Assembly: GCA_015134395.1 (NCBI GenBank)
Contig: CP043983.1
Span: 63,426-127,425 of the forward strand
Length of the DNA stretch: 64,000 bases
DNA from: Candidatus Stammera capleta
GTDB taxonomy: Bacteria; Pseudomonadota; Gammaproteobacteria; Enterobacterales; Enterobacteriaceae
Direction of reading: 5' to 3'
Shown here: positions 27,409 through 38,629 of the stretch, piece by piece
How positions within the stretch are numbered: position 1 is the first letter of the stretch
Layout: every line of letters starts with the position of its first letter
Program-made: the position numbers and the translations under genes
The notes under the pieces: generated by a model
Databases searched by the model: none
Seen by the model: the letters and a program-made list of their open reading frames with translations, nothing else
Told to the model about the DNA's origin: nothing

Positions 27409-28593
27409 TTATAAAATTATTTTACTAACTATACCAGCTCCTACTGTTTTTCCACCTTCTCTAATAGCAAAACGTAAACCTTCATTCATAGCTATAGGAT
27501 TAAATAATTTAACTAAAATTTTAACATTATCTCCAGGCATAACCATTTCTATATTTTTAGGTAATTCTATAGTTCCAGTAACATCAGTTGTACGAAAATA
27601 AAATTGAGGACGATAACCTTTTAAGAAAGGAGTATGTCTTCCTCCTTCTTCTTTTGAAAGAACATAAACTTCAGACTCAAAATAAGTATGAGGATTTATA
27701 GTTCCAGGTTTAACTAATACCTGTCCTCTTTCAATATCTTCTCTTTTTATACCTCTTAATAAAATACCAACATTTTCTCCAGCTCTACCTTCATCAAGTA
27801 ATTTTCTAAACATTTCAATTCCAGTACATATAGATTTTTTAGTTTCACGTATACCTACTATTTCTAATTCTTCACCAACTTTTATAATACCTTTTTCTAT
27901 TCTTCCAGTAACAACTGTTCCTCTACCCGATATAGAAAATATATCTTCAATAGGTAATAAAAAAGATTCATCAATATCTCTCTTAGGATTAGGTATATAA
28001 GTATCTAATACATTAGATAAATTTAATATTTTATCTTCCCATTTTTTTATACCATCTAATGCTTTTAAAGCAGATCCTCTAATTATAGGAGTATTATTTC
28101 CAGGAAATTCATATTGATTTAAAATATCTCTAACTTCCATTTCAACTAATTCTAATAACTCTTCATCATTAACCATATCACATTTATTTAAAAATACAAC
28201 TATATACGGAACACCAACTTGTCTAGCTAATAAAATATGTTCTCTAGTTTGAGGCATAGGACCATCTGTAGCAGAAACAACTAAAATAGCTCCATCCATT
28301 TGAGCAGCACCAGTAATCATATTTTTAATATAATCAGCATGTCCAGGACAATCAACATGAGCATAATGTCTTAATTTAGTATCATATTCAACATGAGATG
28401 TATTAATTGTTATACCACGAGCTTTTTCTTCAGGAGCATTATCTATTTGATCAAAAGCACGAGCTTCACCACCATATTTTTTAGCTAAAATAGTAGTAAT
28501 TGCCGAAGTTAAAGTAGTTTTACCATGATCAACATGACCAATTGTTCCTACATTTATATGAATTTTAGAACGATTAAATTTTTCTTTTGACAT
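27409..28593 (-). CDS. tuf: elongation factor Tu
   Basis: 394 aa with [17 protein letters not shown] and NKCD motifs. Visibly GC-richer than its surroundings and uses TGG for Trp. Confidence 0.98.
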   Translation of the reverse strand: MSKEKFNRSKIHINVGTIGHVDHGKTTLTSAITTILAKKYGGEARAFDQIDNAPEEKARGITINTSHVEYDTKLRHYAHVDCPGHADYIKNMITGAAQMDGAILVVSATDGPMPQTREHILLARQVGVPYIVVFLNKCDMVNDEELLELVEMEVRDILNQYEFPGNNTPIIRGSALKALDGIKKWEDKILNLSNVLDTYIPNPKRDIDESFLLPIEDIFSISGRGTVVTGRIEKGIIKVGEELEIVGIRETKKSICTGIEMFRKLLDEGRAGENVGILLRGIKREDIERGQVLVKPGTINPHTYFESEVYVLSKEEGGRHTPFLKGYRPQFYFRTTDVTGTIELPKNIEMVMPGDNVKILVKLFNPIAMNEGLRFAIREGGKTVGAGIVSKIIL

Positions 28594-28617
28594 AATTTAT
28601 ACCTTTTATTTTATTTA

Positions 28618-30759
28618 TTATTTATTACGTAATTTTACTATTTTTTCACAAATATTATCAGGAGTTATAACATATTTATAAAATTCCATAGAATATAAAG
28701 CACGACCTTGAGTTTGAGATCTTAAATCTGTAGCATAACCAAACATTTCACTTAAAGGTACATTACATTTAATTAATTTACTTAAATTAATATCATTAAT
28801 AGATTTAATTATACCTCTTCTTCTATTTAAATCACCCACAACATCACCCATATATTTTTCAGGAGTTTCTACTTCAACTTTCATAATTGGTTCTAATAAA
28901 GATGGTTTAGATTTTAAAAATGCTTTTTTAAAAGCTATAGAAGCAGCCATTTTAAAAGCAATTTCAGATGAATCAACATCATGATAAGATCCAAAAAATA
29001 ATCTTACTTTTATATTAGTCACTGGATAACCAGCTAATGGACCAGATTTTAATTGTTCACGAATACCTTTATCTATAGCAGATATATATTCATTAGGTAT
29101 AACTCCTCCTTTTATATCATTTATAAAATAATAACCATTTTTAGATAAACTATATTCTGAAAAATTTAAAGGATATAAATCTATAACAACATGTCCATAT
29201 TGACCTCTACCTCCTGTTTGTTTTATATATTTACCTTCAATATTTTTAGAACAATTTAATACAGTTTCTCTATAAGCAACTTCTGGTTTTCCTATATTAC
29301 AATTAACATTAAACTCTCTTTTCATTCTATCTACAATAATTTCTAAATGTAATTCACCCATACCAGAAATTATTGTTTGATTAGATTCAAGATCAAAAAA
29401 ATTTTTAAAAGAAGGATCTTCTCTAGATAATTTATATAAAGCAATACTCATTTTTTCCTGATCTAATTTAGTTTTAGGTTCTAAAGCTATTGAAATAACA
29501 GGAACAGGAAATTCAATTTTTTCTAAAATAATAGGATTATTTATATCACATAAAGTATCTCCAGTAAAAACATCTTTTAAACCAATAGCAGCTGCTATAT
29601 CACCAGCAAATACTTTTTTTATTTCTTCTTTTTTATTTGCATGCATCTGAACAATACGACCAATTCTTTCACGTTTATTTCTAGTAGAATTTAAAATTAT
29701 ATCTCCAGATTTTAAAGATCCAGAATATATTCTTAAAAATGTTAAATTTCCTACAAAAGGATCATTTACAACTTTAAAAGCTAAAGATGAAAAATTTTCA
29801 TTATCACTAATAATACGATTTATATAAACATTTTTTTTAATATCAAAACCAATTATTTTATTTAAATCTATTGGAGAAGGTAAATAATCTATAATACAAT
29901 CTAATAAACATTGAATTCCTTTATTTTTAAATGCAGAACCACAAGTAACTAATAAAATTTTATTATTTAAAACATTTTTTCTTAAAATTAATTTAATTTC
30001 TTCTATAGAATAATCAATCCCTTCAAAATATTTATTCATCATAAATTCAGATGAATCAGCTATAAATTCAATAATTTTTTGACGTCAAAAATAAGATATA
30101 TCATATATTTTACTATTTTTAGTAATATTATATATATTATATTTTAAACCTAAATTATCATTTTTTCATATTATTGATTTAAAATTAATTAAATCTACTA
30201 ATCCACAAAAATTATTTTCTAAACCTATAGGTATTTGTATAGGTAAAACTTTAATACAAAATTTTTTTTTTAAATCATCAATAATATTAAAAAAATTAGA
30301 ACCAACCCTATCCATTTTATTTATAAAAGCTATACGAGGAACATTATATTTATTTACTTGTTTCCAAACAGTTTCTGATTGAGGTTGTACTCCTCCAACA
30401 GAACAATAAACCATAACAGCTCCATCTAATACTCTCATAGATCTTTCTACTTCTATAGTAAAATCAACATGACCTGGAGTATCTATAATATTAATTCTAT
30501 AAGGATCTTTAAATTGTTTAAACATACCAGATCAAAAAGCTGTTGTAGCTGCAGATGTTATAGTTATACCTCTTTCTTGTTCTTGTTCCATTCAATCCAT
30601 AGTAGCTGTACCTTTATGAACTTCACCTAATTTATAATTAACACCAGTATAAAATAAAATACGTTCAGTAAGAGTAGTTTTACCAGCATCAATATGAGCA
30701 CTTATACCAATATTTCTATAATTAAATATAGATGTTTTACGTGATATTATATTATTCAT
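28618..30759 (-). CDS. fusA: elongation factor G
   Basis: Track fragments 28618-30042 and 30166-30525 plus the N-terminal part (..[20 protein letters not shown]..) share one frame joined by TGA codons. 713 aa. Confidence 0.96.
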
Positions 30760-30762
30760 AAT

Positions 30763-31233
30763 TTATCACCTATAATGAGCAAAAGCTTTATTAGATTCAG
30801 CCATACGATGAATTTCTTCACGTTTTTTTATAGCAAAACCTTTATTATTTATAGCATCTAATAATTCATCTGCTAAATTTAAAAACATTTTTTTCTTTAA
30901 TCTTTTTTTAGCAGATAATATAATTCAACGTATAGCTAAAGTATAACCTCTTAAAGGTCTAACTTCTATTGGTATTTGATAAGTAGTTCCACCTACTCTA
31001 CGAGATTTAATTTCTACAATAGGTTTAACATTATTAATAGCTAATTCTAATAAATCTAATCTATTTTTTTTTATTTTTTTATATAAAATATCTAAAGAAC
31101 GATATAAAATTTTTTCTGCTATAGATTTTTTACCATTTAACATTAATATATTAACAAATTTAGTAACTAACTTAGAATTATATATATAATCTGGAATAAT
31201 TTTTCTATTATTAATAACACTACGACGTGACAT
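30763..31233 (-). CDS. rpsG: 30S ribosomal protein S7
   Basis: Ends ..NKAFAHYR-W with Trp=TGA (30766-30768) followed directly by TAA, matching the conserved S7 tail AHYRW. Confidence 0.94.
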
Positions 31234-31256
31234 ATAATAACTCCAAAATAAAACTA

Positions 31257-31625
31257 TTAACTTTTTTTTACTCCATATTTAGAACGAGATTTTTTTCTAT
31301 TTTTAACTCCAAAACAATCTAGAGAACCACGTATAACGTGATATCTTACTCCTGGTAAATCTTTAACTCTTCCTCCTCTAATTAAAACCATAGAATGTTC
31401 TTGTAAATTATGACCTTCACCAGGTATATAAGCAGTTACTTCAAATTTATTAGATAAACGTACCCTACAAACTTTTCTTAAAGCAGAATTAGGTTTTTTA
31501 GGAGTAGTTGTATAAACTTTAATACATACACCTTTTTTTTGAGGACAATTATTTAAAGCTGGAACATTATTTCTAAATAATTTACGTTTTCTAGATTTAC
31601 GTATTAATTGATTAATAGTAGACAT
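31257..31625 (-). CDS. rpsL: 30S ribosomal protein S12
   Basis: [13 protein letters not shown]..,..[19 protein letters not shown].. is the S12 signature. Confidence 0.97.
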   Translation of the reverse strand: MSTINQLIRKSRKRKLFRNNVPALNNCPQKKGVCIKVYTTTPKKPNSALRKVCRVRLSNKFEVTAYIPGEGHNLQEHSMVLIRGGRVKDLPGVRYHVIRGSLDCFGVKNRKKSRSKYGVKKS

Positions 31626-31671
31626 TAATTTCCTTTAATAATAAAATTATTTAAATATTTATAAATTATTA

Positions 31672-31823
31672 ATATATTTATATATTTATATATTTATATA
31701 TTTATATATTTATAATATTTATATATTTATATATTTATATATTTATATATTTATATATTTATATATTTATATATTATATATTTATATATTTATATATTTA
31801 TATATTTATATATTTATATATTT
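31672..31823. repeat. tandem array, 19 copies of the 8-bp unit ATATATTT (one 9-nt and one 7-nt variant)
   Basis: Counted by hand: 5 units, ATAATATTT (31712-31720), 6 units, ATATATT (31769-31775), 6 units. Lies in the divergent spacer between rpsL and tRNA-Cys. Confidence 0.9.
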
Positions 31824-31989
31824 ATATAAATAATTATATTAATAAATTTCAATAAATAAAATAATATAATTATATATTACTATATTTTATACATTTTTTT
31901 CAACAAAATATTAAAATTTAAATTTATATTAAATAAATAATTAAATTTATAATATTTTTTTATAAAATATTATATAATATATAATATTT

Positions 31990-32060
31990 AGCGTGTTGGC
32001 AGAAAGGTAATGCAGTGGATTGCAAATCCATATATTCCGGTTCAATTCCGGAACACGCTT
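31990..32060 (+). tRNA. cysT: tRNA-Cys (GCA)
   Basis: AGCGTGT/ACACGCT acceptor stem, anticodon arm GTGGA-TTGCAAA-TCCAT, T arm TCCGG-TTCAATT-CCGGA, U73 discriminator. Closely parallels E. coli tRNA-Cys. No encoded CCA. Confidence 0.9.
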
Positions 32061-32078
32061 ATTTTTTTTTAAATAAAA

Positions 32079-32164
32079 GCCCTAGTGGTGGAATAGGTAG
32101 ACACAAGGGACTTAAAATCCCTCGATTAAATAAAATCATGCGGGTTCGAATCCCGCCTTGGGTA
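32079..32164 (+). tRNA. leuZ: tRNA-Leu (UAA), long variable arm
   Basis: GCCCTAG TGGTGGAATAGGTAGACAC AAGGGA-CTTAAAA-TCCCT ... GCGGGTTCGAATCCCGC CTTGGGT A parallels E. coli tRNA-Leu(UAA). G1/U72 and U5/U68 are non-Watson-Crick pairs. No CCA. Confidence 0.88.
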
Positions 32165-32182
32165 TTTATTATTAATAATAAT

Positions 32183-32629
32183 ATGTCTATATTAAAAATA
32201 TTGTTTTATCCTAATAAAATATTGAGAGAAAAAAGTAAAATAGTAAAAAAATATGATAATATACTAAAAAAGAATATATTAAATATGTTTGATACAATGT
32301 ATAAAAATAATGGAATAGGATTATCTGCTATTCAAGTAAATATAAATAAATCTATAATAATAATAGATATATTAAAAGAAAAAAATAGTAAATTAATTTT
32401 TATAAATCCTAAAATTATAAATAAAAAAGGATATATTAAAAGTAAAGAAAGTTGTTTATCTATTCCTAATAAAAATATAATTATAAAAAGATATAAATAT
32501 ATTAATATAAAAGCTAATAATATTTTAGGAAAAAAAATTATATTTAAATGTAAAAATTTACTATCAATATGTATACAACATGAAATAGATCATATAAATG
32601 GAAAATTAATAATAGATTACAATAAGTAA
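32183..32629 (+). CDS. def: peptide deformylase
   Basis: GIGLSAIQV, ESCLSIP and QHEIDHINGK (HExxH) motifs. The true ATG at 32183 follows the two tRNAs. The track ORF start at 32015 runs through the tRNA genes and is spurious. Confidence 0.92.
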   Translation: MSILKILFYPNKILREKSKIVKKYDNILKKNILNMFDTMYKNNGIGLSAIQVNINKSIIIIDILKEKNSKLIFINPKIINKKGYIKSKESCLSIPNKNIIIKRYKYINIKANNILGKKIIFKCKNLLSICIQHEIDHINGKLIIDYNK

Positions 32630-33579
32630 TGAAAATTAAAAAAAATAATATAAATATTTTATTTATAGGAACAAATGAATTTGCTTTATATCATTTAAAA
32701 AAAATAATTAAATATTCTGAATTTAAAATATTAAAAATAATAACAAAAAAAAAAGATATTAAATCAAAAAATTCTATTTATAAAATAGCAAAAAAATATA
32801 AAATTAATATTTCATATATAAATACTATAAAAAAATTAAATAAAATAAAAAAAGAATTACTAAATTTAAATATAGATATTGCTATAATAGCATCTTATGG
32901 ATTAATAATTCCAAAAAATATATTTAATATATCTAAATTTGGTTTTTTAAATATACATTCTTCGTTATTACCTAAATGAAAAGGTCCTGCTCCAATACAA
33001 AGAAGTATATTATATGGAGATAAAATTACTGGATTTACTTTTATTAAAATAAATAAATTAGTAGATTCAGGTAAAATAATATATCAAAAAAAAATTAAAA
33101 TAAAAAATAAAGATAATTATAATTCAATATATAAAAAAATAAAAAAAAAAAGTTCAAATAAATTACCAAAAATAATAAAAAAAATATTTTTTAATAAAAT
33201 TAAATTAATTAATCAAAATAAAAAATATACAACCTATGCTAAAAAAATATTAAAAAAAGAAGGATTAATTATATGAAAAAAAAATAATGCAAATATTATA
33301 GAAAAAAAATTTAAAGCTTTTATAAAATGACCAAAAACTTTTTTTTATTATAAAAATTATATTATATTTATTTGATCTTTAAAAATAGATAAAAAATATT
33401 TTTATAAAAATAAACCTGGTACAATATTAATTTACAAAAATAATGAATTAAAAATATCAACAAAAACATTTCCTATAATAATTAATAAATTACAATTAAA
33501 TAATAATAAAATTATATCAGTATTAGATTTAATTAATTCTAAACCTAATTTTTTTATAGAAGGAAAAATATTAAATTAA
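32629..33579 (+). CDS. fmt: methionyl-tRNA formyltransferase
   Basis: ..FLNIHSSLLPK-W-KGPAPIQRSIL parallels E. coli HGSLLPRWRGAAPIQ. 316 aa. 1-nt overlap (TAATG) with def. Confidence 0.9.
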
Positions 33580-33612
33580 TATAACAATAATAAAATATTA
33601 AATTAATTATAA

Positions 33613-34368
33613 TTAATTTAATAATTTTTTATAAAAAAAATCAAACATTATTATTCCATAAGCAACTGATACATTCAAAGAATTTATATTTTTTATAGAA
33701 ATATTAAATAATATATCACATTTTTTTTTTAAAGATTTCTTTATTCCACTTTTTTCTGAACCTAAAATTAAAGCAAAAGATTTTAATTTATTAAAACTAT
33801 AATTATGTAAAAAATTTTTACTTTTTAAACATGTTCCTAATATAATAATATTATTTTTTTTAAAAAAAGATACTATATTATTTAAATTATTTACTTCCAA
33901 AATAAATATTTTATATATAGCTCCCATAGAAACTTTATGAACTATACTATTTAAAATAGAAGCTGAATAATTTTTACTTATTATAATACCAGTAATTCCA
34001 AAAGCAACAGCTGTTCTAATACATGAACCTAAATTATAAGGACTATTTATATTATCTAAAATTAAAAAAATTTTTTTTTTTTTATTATTTTTTATTATAT
34101 AATATAAATCACTTAAATTTTTTTTAAATATATTATTACTAACATAAGCAATAATTCCCTGATGTACAACATTTAATTTATAAAATTTTTTTTTAAACAA
34201 AAAATTTTCTATAATTTCAAAAAATACTTTTTTTAATATAATTAAATTTTTTAATTCTAATATTTTTTTATTTTTTTTATTCTTACATAAAAATATTTTT
34301 TTTATATAAATATGCTTATAATTTAATAAATTTTTAATTGTATTAATACCATAAAATATTTTATACAT
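33613..34368 (-). CDS. rlmB: SpoU-family 23S rRNA 2'-O-methyltransferase (RlmB-like)
   Basis: SpoU/TrmH motifs (LILDNINSPYNLGSCIRTA, LILGSEKSGI, SLNVSVAYGI) plus an N-terminal substrate-binding-like extension. Position is colinear with E. coli hflX...rnr-rlmB. Confidence 0.75.
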   Translation of the reverse strand: MYKIFYGINTIKNLLNYKHIYIKKIFLCKNKKNKKILELKNLIILKKVFFEIIENFLFKKKFYKLNVVHQGIIAYVSNNIFKKNLSDLYYIIKNNKKKKIFLILDNINSPYNLGSCIRTAVAFGITGIIISKNYSASILNSIVHKVSMGAIYKIFILEVNNLNNIVSFFKKNNIIILGTCLKSKNFLHNYSFNKLKSFALILGSEKSGIKKSLKKKCDILFNISIKNINSLNVSVAYGIIMFDFFYKKLLN

Positions 34369-34372
34369 AATT

Positions 34373-35659
34373 TTAATTATATTTTTTATATTTATTTATA
34401 AAAGAATATTTTTTTAATAAATATACAAATTCATTTTTTGTTAATAAAATATCAATATAATAATCATATCCATTATAACTTCATTCATTTATAATACATT
34501 TTTTATAATATAAAAATTTTTTTATTAAATATACAAAATTAATTGGAATACAAATATTATATTTATTTTTATTTAATAATAAATAACTATTAATTATTTT
34601 ATATATTAAATTAATTCCTATTTTTTTTTTAGCTGAAATTCATATTTTTTCATAAAAATTATTATAATTTATTTTATTCTTATTATTAAAACCTTTTATT
34701 TTATCTATTTTATTCATTACTAATATAACTGGAATATTTTTATTATATATAATATTATTCAATATATTATTAACTATATTAATATAATTATTAAAATATA
34801 TATTTGATATATCTACTATATGTAATATAAGTTGTGATTTATTAATTTCATATAATGTACTTTTAAAAGCATTACTAATACTTTTAGGTAAATTTCTTAT
34901 AAAACCAATAGTATCAGATAATAAAATATCACAATAAAAATTAAAATTTTTAATCCTTCTTATATATGTATCTAAAGTTGAAAAATAATTATTTTTAGAT
35001 TCTAATTTAGATTTTGTTAATAAATTAAATAATGTAGATTTACCAGAATTAGTATAACCAACTAAAGAAATTATTGGAATATTATATTTTTTTCTAAGTT
35101 CTCTACTATTATTTTTTTGATAATTTATTTTTTTTAAATTTACTTTTATTTTTTTAATTTTTTTTTTTATAATTCTTCTATCTATTTCTATTTGTTTTTC
35201 ACCAGGACCAGAAATATTTTTTATACCACCTCTTTGACGCTCTAAATGACTTCATTTTCTTATTAAACGAGTACTTAAATAATTTAAATAAGCTAATTTA
35301 ACTTGTAATTTACCATAATTAGTAATTGCTCTTTTTTTAAAAATATTTAATATTATATTTGTTCTATTTAAAATAGAACATTTAAAAATTTTTTTTAAAT
35401 TATATTCTTGTGTACTTTTAAATACAATATTAATTAATAATTGAGAAAACTTTTCTTTTTTTATAATATTATATATTTCATTTAATTTTCCAATACCAAA
35501 AAAATATTTTCTATTAGGTATTTTAATATTAATTCTTATAAATTTATTTATTAATATTCCAGACGATAAAACTAATTTTTTAAATTCATTTTCTTCTATA
35601 ATATTAAATTTATTTATATATATATATATAACTAAATTTTTATTTTTTAATAAATACAT
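34373..35659 (-). CDS. hflX: ribosome-associated GTPase HflX
   Basis: ..LERQRGGI...GPGEKQIEIDRR.., G1 GYTNSGKSTLFN, DTIGFI and NKID motifs. 428 aa with TGA=Trp. Follows miaA. Confidence 0.88.
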
Positions 35660-35661
35660 AA

Positions 35662-36612
35662 TTAACCATTAATTAATTTATTTATAAAATTAAATATTTT
35701 ATTAATACATTTTTTATAATTATCTAAAATTATAATATAAGAATCAGGTCATTTTTTTAATCAAGTAATTTGTTTTTTAATTAAAAATATAGTATTTTTA
35801 ATACTTAAATTTATCATATCAGAATAAGATATTTTTTTTTCAATATACAATCACATTTGTTTATATCCTATACATTTTATTGAAGGCATATTTATATTTA
35901 AATCACCACGATTATATAATTTTAATACTTCATTTTCAAAACCTAAATCTAACATTTTATAAAATCTTTTTTTTATATTTTTAATTAATATTTCTTTATT
36001 ACTTGGTAAAATAATAATTTTATTTATATTAAAATTTAAATATAATTTAGATATTTTTTTATGAAAAGATAAATTTTTATTAGTTAAAAAAAATATTTCT
36101 AAATTTCTAATTATTCTATATTTATCATTATAATGAATATTAATAGCAGATTCTTTATCTATTTTATATAATAGATTATATACATATTTATTATTATATT
36201 TATTAAAAAGCATATTTATATATTTTCTTATATATTTATTAGAACCTGGTAATTTATATAAACCATTAAATAATACATTATAATACATCATAGTACCACC
36301 AACTAACAAAGGAATTTTTTTATTTACATTTAAAATATTATAAATTTCATTTTTTACGTCAATAAAAAATTTATTAACTGAATAAGAATCTCTTGGATCT
36401 AAAATATTAATTAAACTATGAGGAAATAACTTTAATTCATTAAAAGTTGGTTTAGCAGTTCCTATATTTAATTCTTTATATATTAAACCAGAATCTACAC
36501 TAATTATATTAATAGGTAATAATTTACATAATTCCATAGCAATTAAAGTTTTTCCAATACCTGTAGGTCCTAAAATACAAAAAATATTATTTTTATAATT
36601 ATTTATATTCAT
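35662..36612 (-). CDS. miaA: tRNA dimethylallyltransferase
   Basis: P-loop ILGPTGIGKT, ..SVDSGLIYKELNIGTAKP.., ..LVGGTMMY... 316 aa (same as E. coli) once TGA codons are read through. Confidence 0.9.
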
Positions 36613-36853
36613 AAATTATTTATTAATATGTAATATAATTATTAAATTAATAAATATATTTATATTTAATTATTTATATTAAAATAAATATATAAATTTA
36701 ATAAATATAATTTATATATTTTAATTTTATTAAATTTAAATAAATTAATAAAAATATAATATTAATATTTTATAAAATTAATTTATATACAATTAATTTA
36801 TATAAATATATTATTAATTAAATATTAAATTATTAATATTTTAATAAATATAA

Positions 36854-37657
36854 TTAACATATTTTATTTATAAAATTATTTAAACCCAAATAAATATATT
36901 TTACTAATTTATTTTGATATATATTATTTATTAATTTTTTTTCTTCCTTAGGATTACTAATATATCCTATTTCAATTAAAACTGATGGAATATTTATTAA
37001 AGATAAAATAGCTAAATTAGAATATTGAGGAATACATTTATATTTATTTAAACCAATAAATTTTTTAAAAATATTAATTATTTCATTAGCTAATGTAAAA
37101 CTATTTTTATGATCTTTATTATTCTTATTATAATTTATATTTAATAATTTATTATTAAATTTTCTAAAAATTCATATTGAAGGACCATAAACATATTTAT
37201 ATTTAAAAGAATCTGTATGAATAGATAAAAATAAATTTGTCTTATTATTTTTAATAATATTTAATCTTTTTTTTAATGATAAATATTTATCATCATTTCT
37301 AGTTAAATAAACATTAAATTTACTATTTATATTAATTAAATTTAATAATTTTTTAGCTATAATTAAATTAATATCTTTTTCTTTAGAACCATAATAACCT
37401 AATGCTCCAGGATCAAAACCACCATGACCAGCATCTATTGTAATATTTAATTTACACTTATTTAATTTTTTATTTATTTTATATTTATTTTTTTTAATAT
37501 AAATATATTTTTTTTTATTCTTATTAATATTATTAATATTATTAAAATTAATTTTATTAAAATATATTTTTTTTATTTTTAAAACATTTTTTTTTGAAAC
37601 AACATCACCTAATAAAATATTAATAAAAAAAACAAAAATATATAAAATAATATACAT
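36854..37657 (-). CDS. amiB: N-acetylmuramoyl-L-alanine amidase (Amidase_3 catalytic domain only)
   Basis: N-terminal TM/signal, ITIDAGHGGFDPGA, LSIHTDS and PSVLIEIGYISNPKEE motifs. Position upstream of miaA as in E. coli amiB-(mutL)-miaA. 267 aa, shorter than E. coli AmiB. Confidence 0.82.
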
Positions 37658-37998
37658 ACTAAAAATTTAAAATTAATATATTGTTATAAAATAAAAATAA
37701 TAAATATTAAATACTTTTATAATTTTATAATTAAATATAAAAATAATTTAATAAAATTAATAGTTTATTAAATATTTTATTAATAAAATTTATATAATAA
37801 ATTTATATAAATATTAATTATTTATTTATAAAATTAAATTTATATAAAAATTAACAAATAACAAAATTAATTATTTTATAATAACATAATTTTATAATAA
37901 ATAATTATAATATATTATTATTATTAAAATTTTTAAATATAAATATATAATTTAATAAAAATTTTAATAATAAATACTATGATTAACATATTTTTAAA

Positions 37999-38071
37999 AG
38001 CGGAAAACGAGTCTCGAACTCGTGACCTTAACCTTGGCAAGGTTATACTCTACCAACTGAGCTATTTCCGC
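37999..38071 (-). tRNA. glyV: tRNA-Gly (GCC)
   Basis: The reverse complement GCGGAAATAGCTCAGTTGGTAGAGTATAACCTTGCCAAGGTTAAGGTCACGAGTTCGAGACTCGTTTTCCGCT is near-identical to E. coli tRNA-Gly(GCC). No CCA. Confidence 0.95.
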
Positions 38072-38615
38072 AAATTAAATATTTATTACGATAATATTTT
38101 AATTCATATATAGAATTTTTTATATCAAATAAAGAATTATGACAATTTTTTTTGTTTAAATTATTTTTTTTATTAGGAAATCATCTTCTAATTAATTCTT
38201 TTAAAGTACTAACATCTATATTTCTATAATGAAAATAAGATTCTAATTTTGGCATATATTTAAACAAAAATCTTCTATCTTGAAAAATAGTATTTCCACA
38301 CATAGGAGAACAATACTTAGGAACCCATTTTTTTAAAAATAATAAAGTATTAAATTCAGCATATAATTCATTAAAAGTACTTTTTTTAACTTTATCAATT
38401 AACCCATTAAAATTATGTACATTTAAATTTCAATTATTCATTTTATCTAAATATTTATTATTTTGATGTATAACTATACTTGGTCCTATATCTAAAATAT
38501 TTAAATTACTATTAGTAACTATAGTAGAAATTTCAATTATTTTATCTTTATCAGGATTTAATCCTGTCATTTCTAAATCTATTCAAATTAAATTATTACT
38601 ATCATATTTATACAT
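38043..38615 (-). CDS. orn: oligoribonuclease (3' end runs into tRNA-Gly)
   Basis: [21 protein letters not shown].., ..[40 protein letters not shown].. parallel E. coli Orn. After ..YYRNKYLI the frame has no stop until TAA 38043-38045, inside the tRNA. Confidence 0.9.
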
Positions 38616-38629
38616 AAATTATTTAATTT

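Noticed and set aside
31672-31823. A CRISPR array, considered here and for the 27-nt repeats at 54523-54631.
   Set aside because: The repeats are directly tandem with no spacers. The units are 8 nt here and coding 27-nt units in infB. There are no cas genes.
31626-31990. A replication origin at this divergent AT-rich spacer or at the similar one at 48897-49131.
   Set aside because: I found no DnaA-box-like 9-mers (TTATCCACA and close variants) and no dnaA, mnmG or dnaN neighbours. The window has many strand-switch points, and an origin at 31.7 kb would put the rRNA operon head-on. Cumulative GC skew on the whole genome is needed.
32015-32182. The N-terminal part of the 204-aa track ORF (MDCKSIYSG...).
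   Set aside because: It translates straight through tRNA-Cys and tRNA-Leu. Deformylase homology starts only at ATG 32183.
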